This document shows, in pieces, positions 24,501 through 36,160 of a stretch of DNA of 64,000 nucleotides; the stretch's first letter is position 1; the number at the start of each line of letters is the position of its first letter. Made by a program: the position numbers and the translations under genes. The notes below the pieces were generated by a model, which was given only the letters and a program-made list of their open reading frames with translations, ran no database searches and was not told where the DNA came from. Where the stretch lies: positions 106,270,001-106,334,000 of the forward strand of contig NC_087436.1 in the NCBI RefSeq assembly GCF_036321535.1, in the 5' to 3' direction. This stretch comes from Camelus dromedarius (Eukaryota).

Positions 24501-26145
24501 TAATGGAAACAAGTATGTACACGTTGCTCTCATTCCTAACACTAGATTTATCACCAATTTTGTGATGTTTCCCCACCTCCCCATCCCTCCCAGCCCCCAT
24601 TACATACTTCCTCCTGGACGATGAGCTGCTGGAAGACAGAACAGGCATCTCTGCTGTGCAGCTTAGCACCTGGAAAGAAGTCAGCTCTCAATACGTCCCT
24701 GAGGAAGGAAGGAAAGCCTCATAGTTAGAATATCCATACAGGAGAAGGGCTGGCAAGGGACCTGTGTGCTTCCAAGCCATGGCTTTGGAAGACCTGTGTG
24801 ACCTCATCCAGTGTAAGCCTGTCTGAGAGAGCACAGGATGCCAGACGAGGGGTGTTCCTGGGTGAGGAGGGAGGCCTTTGGAAGTGGATGATCTGTGTCC
24901 CTCGGGAGGGAGCTGCCCTGCCGGCAGACTCTGCAATTTCTTGCGTGCCTGAAAGGCGCCAGAGGGACAGATGAGGGGAACCCTGCCCACCTCCTACGGC
25001 CTAGGAGCCTGTCTAAGCCAACCCTCCCAGGTGGCATCTCAAAGATTATGAAGGGCTCTGATGCCTAAATAACAATGCAGGTCTTTGCAGGGAAGCCTGG
25101 GTTCTTGACTGGGAGTCATTCATGTTCTTGCAGACTCAGAGCTCTTAGACTGACCACTGATGGCAGGAACGGTGACCTGGCGATATGGCCCAAGCGGAGC
25201 CATGGAGACCACAGTTTAGCTTTTGTCAGTCAACACTTTGTGGGTGTTTCCATAGGGATTCTTGAAAGAGCATTTCTGAAAGAACAGAGAGGGAACGCAG
25301 AATCAAACTCCACCTAAAGTGTTTACGGTCCCCACGGGGAGGAAAGTACATACCTGTCTAGGTGCCCACATGCTCCCGGGGGGCTTGGAGGAGATAAGGG
25401 ATGTCAGAAATTGAGCTCTGGGACGCAGAAGAGAAAGGGGGTGCTGACACCCCTCCTCTCCCACCCCCGCCTGTCCTATCTCTACTCTCAGCACGGCTCC
25501 CCACCCCCTAGGGCCAGGAAACTGTGAAATCACAGCGTTTCACTCCCACAGCCCAATCCCTCAGGAAAGATGATGAGAACCCGTCTCCTTACAAGCATCG
25601 GAGTGACTTTCTCCAGTAGCCAGTTGCCTTAGCCCTGTGAAGTATTGTCTTGTGGGGGTAGAGAGAGCATCGAATGCAGGAGGAAAACCTAAAATAAATA
25701 AGGGCTTCTGAGACAGTCTGTATTGATATTATACTTATAAAACCTAAAAGCCCCTGCTGACTGAGGAAAATTAATGATAGGTACAGTCAATATTAATTGT
25801 CCCTCCAAAAAAGCAGGGGGAAAAGAAGCCTCCAAAATGAGGATCGATATAATCCCCTGCCAGTACCGTGTATTGAGCCTTTCTTCCAAAAATAAATGTA
25901 TTTTTTTTTAAACAATTGACAGGATTATTTAGGAAAGCGTTTACTTAGTCCTGTTAATGGAAAACCATGAAAATGATCTCTGAACAATGGGTTTTAGAAA
26001 CTTCAGCTCTTGGGTGGTAGACTGGCTTCCCACCCCATCAATGTTACGTTTTTTCAGTTTTTCTTTAAAAGAGGAGCAGCCAGGACTCAGGGGTAGAAGG
26101 AGTTTGGATGCCGAGTTTGGATACCGGATCTCCCCTGCGAGGAGT

Positions 26146-26196
26146 TTTGTTGTTGTTGTTCTGGTTTTTTTTTTTGTTGTTGTTGTTGTTGTTTTT
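26146..26196 (+). repeat. (GTT)n / poly-T microsatellite
   Basis: ttgttgttgttgtt ctgg t11 gttgttgttgttgttgtt. Confidence 0.95.
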
Positions 26197-26739
26197 GGCA
26201 TCTCTCATGAATTATTAAATGCAAGTCCAGCAAGGCAGGGGAGGAAAAAGCGGATCATTTCCCTCTGAGTTTGCTGATTAGCCAGTTGCTCCATTCAGGG
26301 AGGACTCCACGTGTTTCTAGTTTCTATATACGTCCATAGAAATGGAGCATGATCCTTACTGCATCTCAAGTGAATGATTTTTCAATTAGCCTGTAGTTCC
26401 TTGGCGGTATTCCCATTTCAGTCCTATGGGGGTGATGTGGAGCAAAGGTTTAAGACGTTTTGGACAATTTATGTGGTTTGGAGAGGCTGTTTGTCAAGAA
26501 ACAATATCTGCAACCACTTTTATGTGCAATTTGAGTCCCACGTCTTTTGCTTACTTTTATAGCACCATTTTCTAAGGTGCTAAAGCTAACTTGCAAGCAG
26601 TGTTTAAGTGGCTGTGTTGGTGGTGTTTCTGGAGAGGCTTGGGGAGCCAGGAAGACCTTTCTCTTGACTCCGTACAGACAACTGACATTGGTATAACTGG
26701 AGAGCTATTTGGAAAGCCTCATCAAAGTGCTTTGAACCA

Positions 26740-27440
26740 TGAATATTGTTTGAGCTGAAAACTTCACGCTTAGGGTTGCTGTGGGAGGGTAATAAAAAGG
26801 GATTGGGGTTCAACCAGACCTGGGAGATCTGGTAACACCATTTCCTGAGACAAATTGCTTATCCTCATCATAACTCAGTTTGCTAACCTATAAAGCACAG
26901 GATTGGTACAAAGATTAAATGAGATGATGCATGAAAAGTGTTTAGTTAGAGCCTGGTATGAAGTAAGTCCTCGTATATATTATCATTTTTTATTGTTGTG
27001 GCTGTTCTTGTTAGGAATCTAGCCTAAGACGTAAGTAGGAACGTGTACAAAGGTTTAGTTGGAAAGATGTTCCTCACAGCATTGTTTATAATAGTGAAAA
27101 ATGAGGTTGACTGAATATATTATGGCAAATAAATACAGTAGCTGTTTTTATTACTTGGCTGTTAAGAGCCATGTGGTTGATATTTATTGATAGAACAGTA
27201 GTCTCAATAATTTAAGTAAAACGTTAGGTTGTAAACTAGTATCATCCTGTTGTTTGTTCAAACAGTAAAAACATAAATATAGCTTCACACACCAAAAATA
27301 TGCCTAAAGTGTATCTCTGGGTGATGGAATAGAATTTTTTGTTTTAATGAGTTAATTATTTTTTGCTTATCTGAGTTTTTTAAAATAATATTCACATGCT
27401 ATTCTTGATTTAAGTCTAGTTTTGATTGGAAAAAAGAAAA
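26740..27440 (+). mobile_element. MIR (26740-26990) followed by L1ME4-like 3' fragment (27005-27440)
   Basis: aagattaaatgagatgatgcatgaaaagtg; aagatgttcctcacagcattgtttataatagtgaaaaat...tatctctgggtgatggaat. Confidence 0.7.
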
Positions 27441-30400
27441 CATAAAAATGGAGTAAGGCTCCCCATTGGGGACTCTGTTCTTTAGTGGTTAAAAAAAAAG
27501 TCACAGTGTCAGTGTGACTTTCTCAGAGATTTCAGGCTGTGAGCTTGCGTGGGCTGGTGGTTATGTCACTCCGTCAGAAAACATAAGCAAGGGATGAAAG
27601 ATCAGGAACATTTGAAAATGAGATCACGAGTATGAGAACTACACAGTCACCCAGCCCCACATATTTTTTTTAATAGAAGACTTACTGACATTTGAAAGAT
27701 GGAGACCTGTGCTACTGACTGGGGTTGATTGGCATTTATGGGTAGTATAAGGAATTATTTGCACCCCCCATCCAAACCCTCACCCATCCAGCCTCTGAAC
27801 TAAATTGGATAAGCTATAAAACTTTCTAAAATTGCTACGTACGGAGAGACTAGTTGTCGTTTTCAAAATATGACTTATCTGGATAGAGATTTGAAAAAGT
27901 AACTTGTGACATTTTAAACACTTTTACTGACTCTTGTTAAAAAAGAAAAAAATAAAGAGGAAAGAAAATGTTACTTGTTCAGAGAGAAAAAAAGGAGAAC
28001 TGAGAAGAGTTTCATATCAAGTCTTTATTGAAATAGTTGGATCTAAATCCCAATGGATTTTGTAAAAATTGAAATAATGTTTGGAAGGAGTGCATGATTG
28101 CTATAAATATCTGTTTATATTCATACCTCAGGGGTGGGCCAAGTTCTTAATTTTCCTCATAAATCAAAAATTATTTTCATGAATGGAGGTTTATCATTTT
28201 TATGATGTTACAACTTGACCCTTAGAGTTCAGGGCTCCAGCTGAATGTCTGTTTTTTGAGATGGGAACATATGTGTTCACATATAAGATTGAACCCTGAT
28301 GCTTATTACCCTCCTTTTTTTTCTCCAAAGGGTTAAAGCGTATTTATGAATATTTTATCCATTTAACTCTGAGTTTTTTGCAAGGGAAAAATTACGTTTT
28401 TCTCAAAATCATCATATCTCAAATATTGTTTCTATCTGTTGAGCATTTAATTCCAGGAATAATGAGTTTTCTTCCTGGGGGGGGGGTCCCACTCAACTTT
28501 AAGACAACCCAAAATTTGAACATCATAATGTCTGCTGAATGTTATAAAAAATTATAGCATTGTCAGTAAAAATTTCTATCACTTATTTTGCTGGCAAGGC
28601 AGTTCTATGTGAAAATTTAGAGGAATTATATTTATTTTCCTGAAATGGCCACTTCTGCCTTCTTTCCTTTCTTCCCTGGTTCCTGTGTGCTGGTGCGTTC
28701 TCTCTCTCTGCCTCTCCTCCCATCCCCCAGCTCCTTCCTCCCTCTTCTGCCACATCCCCATCCTCTCTCTCCCTCTCTTTCTGTGCTAGCTGTCTCTTTC
28801 TATCTCTGCTTATCTGCCTTTCTTTTCTGCATTCTGGTGACCACCATTTTTATTTTTTTGTGTACAAAACAATCTCCACTCTTCTGACCCCATCTCCGAC
28901 CATGGAGATCTTAGTTTCCCCAACAGAACTTACCCTTGTCATTCATTTCCTCCGAGGCCTCTTAGCCGTCAGGAATTGTATGTTATTGTAATTTTGTGCG
29001 TAGTATTAGGAGATGCAGGTGTCAGTGTTTCATGGCCTACTAGCAGATGGCACAACGGGCTACCTGCTTGTTTTCTTTGATCCAAAAGCTGTTCAAAATT
29101 TTTTTGTTTGGTTGCCAGGGCTTTAAGATTTTATATGAAAATTTCTATCTTCTTAAACAACATCGGAAGCTTTGACCACCTTGGGTACCTCCCACATGGC
29201 ACCAGTGAGCTGAGGTGGAGAGGGAGCAGCTCACATTCTCCAATACATCACAGTCTTTCCCCATCCTTTGGGGTCTTCGTTCATCTCTGTGCCTGCCCTG
29301 ATCTCTGGAGTCGTGTGACTTTGCCACTCCTGTTCTCTTCCTTCCTGTTCCCATACTCTCCTCTCTCAGAATGTCCCTTTCTCTTCTCCTGAAAGAAATG
29401 TGAACGTTGGGAATTCTAGTTGCAATGGCTGGACCAATAAAAGGGGCTAACTTTAGTTATCCCTCAGATGACTCCTCAGCTTCTGTATAGGCTGGACTCA
29501 AGACAGAGAAGTTGATAAGAAGACAGTTAGGGACAGCTTGTAATGTTGTTTGAGGCCACTGATAGCTGAGTCAATCACCATTTAGATTTATTAGTATCAT
29601 TTGTTCTCTGGTATTTTTCATATTGTTATTCTTTTTTTTTAAAATTTAGGCATCATACAATGAACTTAAATATATTTTATCATAATTTGAACAGTAACAA
29701 AAGTTGAAAGGACTTTAAAATTCTATTGGTGCATGTCTAGCATTCAATAACACAATATATTCATGGTTCTTCTGGGATTTGGAAGGGGTCTGTCCTGAGG
29801 TCATATCTGTGTTTTCCTTTTCCCCCACAAATGTCTGATAACTTTCCCTGGTGTTGCCCCTTCTGGCATGGCTGATCTCCCTGAATATACCAGGAGTACA
29901 CCAATGTCCAGCCTATGCTTAACATTCAGTAGATGTTTGTTAAATGAATGAAGACTTGTTATATGTTTGTGAAGTTGAGACAGAGAGGAGAGAAACAACT
30001 TGCTTTTGGTCATACGTAAAATCACAAGAAAACTGGAGTTAGATTTAGTTGTTTAGTTCAAACATTTATTTAAGTAAAGTATTGCCTTTCTCTATTTCTT
30101 CCCAATTCCCATCACGTGACACAGTAACCCAGCTTTTTGGTAAAGGTTCAGTTTTCACTTACCATGAGCCCCTGAAATGGTCCCAGGTATTGGTGATTTT
30201 TAGTCTAAGTCATGCTTCCAACAGCATTAACCTCCAATAATGGTCTCTGATTTTTCAGAACATTTACAAACTGTCTTCCTGCTTAAATGAGTGATGGAAT
30301 TCTGATATTTGGGGTTCATAACGTCCTATTCGTACTGCAAACATCACAGTCTGTGGTACCACTCTGTTGACAGTGGTTTTATCCACCAAAAGTATACACA

Positions 30401-31368
30401 ATCACACGTTCTTGCGGGTCTTACCAGCCTGCAAACAGTTCATGCCACCGGGCTTGTCCACAGACGCGCATCTCACCTTTTTCAGGAACTCTTGGCGTTG
30501 AACCCAAGATATTTACTCTGAGTTCATTTATGATGTCTTACGAAATGAGCATGAGTTTAGTTGTGCTTTGTTTTCCTGCTTTGAGCAAGGCTTTCTCATC
30601 GCAGCTTTGTATGAGTCGTATGGCTTGCCTGTTGGACCTGACTTAGTTCATCTGTCGGAAGCGACAAGTACTTCGGAGGCATTTCCTTCCAGAGTCTCCC
30701 GAGTGTATGCACACATGCGGACACCACATTCACGCACACACAGACACATGTCTGCCACCCTGCACTGAGAACAGCTCTGCCTCGTTGAAGATCTAGGCAA
30801 TCATGAAGAAAGCTTTATCTAGAAGCGAGAGCCTGATTTGGAATGACTTGTCTCTTGTTTCTTCTTTCCTTGAGACTCCATGGTGGCTGCAAAAATGAAT
30901 GTGAAGACAATGGAGAAAATCTGTTAAAATGGAGAGTAAATAATAACTATTCTACCCATAAAACCACTGAAATCTTGAATACACATAATATGCACCAGAC
31001 TGGAAAGAGTTTTCATGGGTAACCCAGAGACTGAGTGGTTTGGGAGACTCCCCTTTATGAAAAAAGACTGATTCCATCTCTGTCTCGATCTCTCTGTGTC
31101 TAGAGCATCTATACCTAGATCTGATTATGCCTATGTGTGTATATGCACATATATGCATATACATACACACGTATGTGTCTCATGTCTGCTGTAGACTATT
31201 TCTGTTGGCCAAAACAATGATGAGCTATTGGTGACTTTGTATGGTTCAGTCCAGTAATTCTGACCACAGAATAGATCCCTGCCTCCCTTCCTTATCACTT
31301 TTCTCCTGTTTCCTTCCATGCTTGAGAAATGACCAGGGACTGGACATGTCGAAAGAGAATTGCAACAC

Positions 31369-31953
31369 TGTGGTAGTCAGAATTTCATGATGGCCCCAAG
31401 ATTTCTGCTCCCTGGTGTACATGCCCTGTATAATCCCATCCCCTCGAGTGTGGTCAGGACTTGTGCATATGCTATGTCACTTTTGTGATTAGGTTACATT
31501 ACAAGGCAAAGGTGAAAGGATTTTCCAGTTGTAATTAAGGTCACAAATAAGTTGATTTTGAATGAATCAAAAAAGGGATCATTCTGGGTGGGTCTGACTT
31601 AGTTAGTGAGAGACTTTAAAAGAAGGCTGGGTCCTTCCTAAAGAGACAGACACCCCCGTCATGGCTGTGAGGAGGCAACCAGCCATATTATGAACTGCCT
31701 ATGGAGGGGAATGACCCGCTAGGAACTCAGAGTTCCAGTCTTATAATCCCTAGGGAAATGAAGGCTGCCAACAAGCTGATTGAGTTTGGAAGAGGACGTT
31801 GAGCTCCAGATGAGGACATAGCCTGGTCAACACCTTGGCTGTAGCCTTGTAAGACCCTGAGCAGAGGACCCAGCTAAGATGTGCCCGATGTGTGCTATTT
31901 TTAAGCCACTGAAGTTTTAGTAATTGGTTATGCAACGATAGAAAATGAATACA
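31369..31953 (+). mobile_element. Full-length MaLR solo LTR, MLT1E-like
   Basis: TGTGGTAG...gatggccccaagat...gtaattaaggtc...aagccact...gaaaatgaatACA; 5-bp TSD aacac/aacat. Confidence 0.9.
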
Positions 31954-32599
31954 AACATAAAGAGATCTTCATGCTCAGATCGTGGGTCTGACCACATCTG
32001 TGCCTGCTGCCACCTGTGCCTTCAGCATCTTGCTTCGTCCACCTCCTTCCATGAATGAAACCAAAGAAGGGGTCTCAGCTCAGAGAGACCTTCATGTTCC
32101 CTCTGGCTTCACTGGTGATTTTGCACCCATGGCTGTGAACTTGGCTTTATTCTTATTTGTTCATTCTGCTACTGCAGCAGGGAGAAATTCTCTTTTCAGG
32201 AAAAAAAAATATTTAGCTTGTCCAGATTAAGAAACATCAGACACTTGATACTAGGAATGGAGTCTTGGAACATTCCCCTGCAGAAACGTCATCCTACAGC
32301 ATTGTGTGTAGAAAAAGGCGTGTGGCTACTATAGTATATTTCTTTTATTTCCCTACTCTCTTTTTAAGTGCTCTTTCCTGTTCAGACTTCTGGGCTCTCT
32401 CTTCCTCTTTCCCTTTGTGTGGTAGCATCTGCCTTGAATGTTGATGAGGGAAACTTGGTTCCTCCCCAAGAACTTATTTGGGAGTAATTAATTCTTGGCA
32501 CCCTAGCAGTGCTTCACAACTGTGACTTTCTTAGGTACGAATTGACTGACTAAATGTCCAGGCATGGGACATGTTCAATGATTGCATTTCCTTTTGCCA

Positions 32600-32990
32600 A
32601 AAATTAATCGTTTATTGAACTTGCTCTAGCAGGAATGAGAATGACTACTACATGTGTGGAAGGGTGAGGACAGAATTCACAAGACAGTGAGGGGATCCTT
32701 GAGAACATTGACTCTGCTCTCTTAAGTCACTGTCTGCAGTTTTATGCTCTGGAGCTCTGGAGAGGACCATCCTAGGAGGTTGAACTGTGCCTCAGGGAGA
32801 TTACAGTCTATTAGAACAGCAAGCATGCAAAGATGATCATTCATGAACTTTTGATAGACAGTGCAACCATGAGTACAAATTGATGGAAGAGAAGAGGATA
32901 GGAGACAAACTGTGTCTAGGGCGAAGGAAGACATCTGAAAAGTGGTGTTTGAACTAGACTTAGATGATGGAATTTGGGAGAAGAAAAAGA
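32600..32990 (-). mobile_element. L2 fragment
   Basis: taatcgtttattgaac...gccctcagggagattacagtcta-like text...gtggtgtttgaactagac. Confidence 0.55.
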
Positions 32991-32993
32991 GTA

Positions 32994-33744
32994 TGTGGTG
33001 ATGATGAATTTATTGATTTTTCAGCACACCTTGAACTTGGACTGAAACTGGGTATACTTTCAGGAAAATTTTATACTACCCAATGCATGGCAGAATAAAA
33101 ATTAACTAATACTCTGCCAATTTAGAATTGGTGAGAGTTTGGAATGTAAATTCTGCTGGAGCAGAAGCCATCACTGTCTTCTCTGTTGCATGCACAGTCC
33201 CTCGCTCAGAGTTTTGCCTGTATTTGATGCTCAAATACAGTTGCAGCCTGAGTGAGTGACTCTCACCAATGAGCAACCCATCAAAAGGGTTTCCTAATAA
33301 GATTAATTGTGTGATTGCATCTGTGAAAACAAAAACGTGGGAAGAACAAACTGTTTAATCACAGAACATTGTTTCCCATTCATTAAAACAAGGTTCCAAA
33401 GGAAGGCTGCAAATGAATTCATGGATAGTCCAGTGGGACTCCCTGGGTATTTTGAAGATACCAAAAACATACGTATTTTCCAAAATAGTGTCCCATTCAT
33501 TAGTCTTCCTTGCCATCTGGCCTTCTGAATGAGTAAAGATTTCATAAGGTTTTGGTAGGCTCTCCTTTTGGATATTTTACCAGATTTAGGGACAATAGTG
33601 GGCTTTGGAGTTGAAGCAGTCAGCGAAGCCTAAGTTCAAGACAAGTGATCTAGACCTTGAAAGAGTCACGAAGCACAGCTTCAGAGCAGAAGAGCTGGGC
33701 AGCACCAGGTAGGCTGAAAAATCAATAAATTCATCATCACCACA
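32994..33744. repeat. Perfect 32-bp inverted repeat, arms 32994-33025 and 33713-33744
   Basis: tgtggtgatgatgaatttattgatttttcagc is the exact reverse complement of gctgaaaaatcaataaattcatcatcaccaca. Confidence 0.97.
33130..33260 (+). mobile_element. L2 3' end
   Basis: gaatgtaaattctgctggagcagaagcc...tgatgctcaaatacagttg...tgagtgagtga. Confidence 0.6.
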
Positions 33745-35679
33745 AGAACCTGGGGCAGGGAGGAGAGTCCAATCCAGATGGGCTGACAATGGCCATAGAA
33801 TTTTCCCAAGGTAGAAGTCCAGGGAGATGCTTTCTGTGGAGGGAGTGCTAAGAGTGAACAGCAGAAATCCGATGTTTAGTCCGATTAATGGGTCAAGAGT
33901 GTAATAAGTTCAGGTCAACCATTTGGAACTGAGCTATCCTTCTTGACTAAATAGGTTCCTCAAAGCATCATCCTCACCTAGAAATGACCACCTCTCTGGT
34001 TGCCTGATGAGATTGGCTGGTTCACAACAGACTTTTGTCCCCTCCAAAGGCTCACTTTTCCATATATGAGCAATTTTAGCTTTAACCACTCTGGACTCTC
34101 CTCACGAAAATAGTCCCTGCTTTCTAAGCCTCAAAGCACATGATGACAGCTCCGTCTCAGGAAGAGTTGCTCAATCACTATTTTCTTGTGAATATTGTAA
34201 GTGTTCCTCTGAGTGTGAAAGGTGTGATTGAAACGCAGATTCCTATTTTAGGGAGCAGGAGGTTGTGTGCACAAAAAAAGCCTTTGCCTGGATTGCATGT
34301 TAGATACTTCATTAACTTAAAAACGGAATGTGGATGTAAATTATAACCCTTGTTATTACTCATTGCTGCAGTTCAGGTAAGTTGGCAGCTTTCCCGTACC
34401 TTCGCAAACCAGTAACCTCCAGAATAAATTAGACGTTGCCCCTGATACCAGTTGTCCTTAAAGCAGCAACGCTTGTGCACACACGGAAAAGGTTGCCACA
34501 GGTTCCACTGGAAGCTGCTGCCACAGCTTGTGGTAGCTGGTCCTCTTCCTGCTGTTCCCTTGTAGGCTCTGAGCTGATTGTCTTCAGGTCCTGAACACGA
34601 AAGAGCTGGAGTTGTTACCTTTGGTTGTAGTGACTGTGGGTCAGAGAAGTTTGAGGAGAAGGAAAATCCAGGACCTTGTGGACACCAGCGAGCGGTTTCT
34701 GTGCAGCCTTCAGATGATCCTAGGTGACTGTCCCAGAGCCAACGGACTAGAAAGCCACGGGACTTTGGCAGTTTCCCTTAAACTGCCTCATTTACTCTCC
34801 CAGCCTGGGAACGAAATGCTCTGTTAACTCCCTGAATGAGGGTCCCCAGGATGCATTTGCCTGTGTGAGTGTATGTGTGAGTCACGTGCTCCTGAGTCCA
34901 CGGGTGTATAATTGGTGCTGTATTGTTTCCATGAAGACTCTAACACGGGAAGCCAATGTCCTGATGGCGGATGGTAAAGTCCCCACACTGGATACATGTG
35001 CCCAAAAGCTCCAGAGAGGAGGAATAAGTTTCGACCTTTCTGAAAAAGGAGATGACCCGACTTTAAAGTCTATTATTATCCAGCCGCCTTATTGCACAGT
35101 CGAAAGGAGGAAGAACGGGTGGCTGCCTGGAGTTTTAGGCATAGTAGACAGGGTGATGGTGGCCACTTTCGTTTGCTCTTAAAACTATGCAGTCTTGCTT
35201 CTGCCACCAGCTCTTCATCCATCCCTGCATGTGCCCCCAAAGAAACCCACTCCCCCTCATTATCACAGTGGAACAGATGGTTCTGAGCAGTTCTCTGGAT
35301 TTCTGTATGATGCCAAGTGAAAATGAACACTCATGGGGACTCTCTATTATTCTAAAACCAAGATCTTAACTTTGGTATCTGGGGGCGCTGCCCCAACCTG
35401 GAATGTTCCTTAGTCACAATTTTCATCACTTCTCTGCTTCTTAGGGAAATGTTCTGCCCTGAGGAGGCTGTGTGGACAGCTCTCATTTCTTTTCTCTCTC
35501 CATTTGTTGATATTTTAGGTTAAAATTTATCAAAAATTATTATCCTGTGATCAGAAAAACTTTTATATACACTCAGTGACTTATAGAAAGCAATCATAGA
35601 CATTGCATTACATATACATTAAATGAATGAATGAATAATTATTGGGCATTGGTATTTTCTGACACATTACAAATTTCCT

Positions 35680-36160
35680 GATGTGTTTCTCTAAATCTGT
35701 CTTCCTCCTAGAATATAAGTTCTCTGAAGGCAGGAATCGTGTTTGGGTCCATGTAGCTTTCTCAGAAGAAGGATATGACAGGCATTTAATAAATGCTTGT
35801 TAAATGGATGGATCAGCCATGGGGACTGAGTCAGTGAACAGATGGTGGCAGCATTGTTAAATTCCGTTTTTCAGGGTGTTTCTGTGTTCCTCCCACCTTT
35901 AAATCTTATAGCCTACACAAAACTGCCTTGAAAGTTAATATTCACTGAGTTGCAGGTACTAGGATAAATAGCTTGTTGACATATGAGTGAGTTTTTCATC
36001 TACAGTTTTATGAGGTGTGTATTATGAGTATACCCATTTTGTAAGTGAAGGTACTACAACTTCCAGAGGTTAAAGCCTTGTGCAAGAACACAGGAGTGAT
36101 AGGTGAGGGACCACGATTTGAGTTCAAGTCTGGAGAGCTCCACAGCCACCCCTGAACCAT
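35680..36160. mobile_element. L2 3' end (+, 35680-35815) and MIR (-, 35965-36160)
   Basis: ctagaatataagttctctgaaggcaggaa...taataaatgcttgttaaatggatgga; cccattttgtaagtgaagg...gaggttaa. Confidence 0.7.

Noticed and set aside
27497..27521. 9-bp hairpin aaagtcaca/tgtgacttt (also an imperfect one at 3341-3378)
   Set aside because: Short enough to arise by chance or local template switching; no supporting context.
32998..33045. Box C (GTGATGA) and box D (CTGA) suggesting a C/D snoRNA
   Set aside because: Boxes only about 48 nt apart and no terminal stem.
33590..33920. Possible ancient LTR remnant around the right inverted-repeat arm
   Set aside because: Style is suggestive but I cannot match it to a consensus; needs a Dfam search.
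34865..35182. 105-aa ORF with protein-like composition
   Set aside because: GTG start, no recognisable homology or splice framing; expected by chance.
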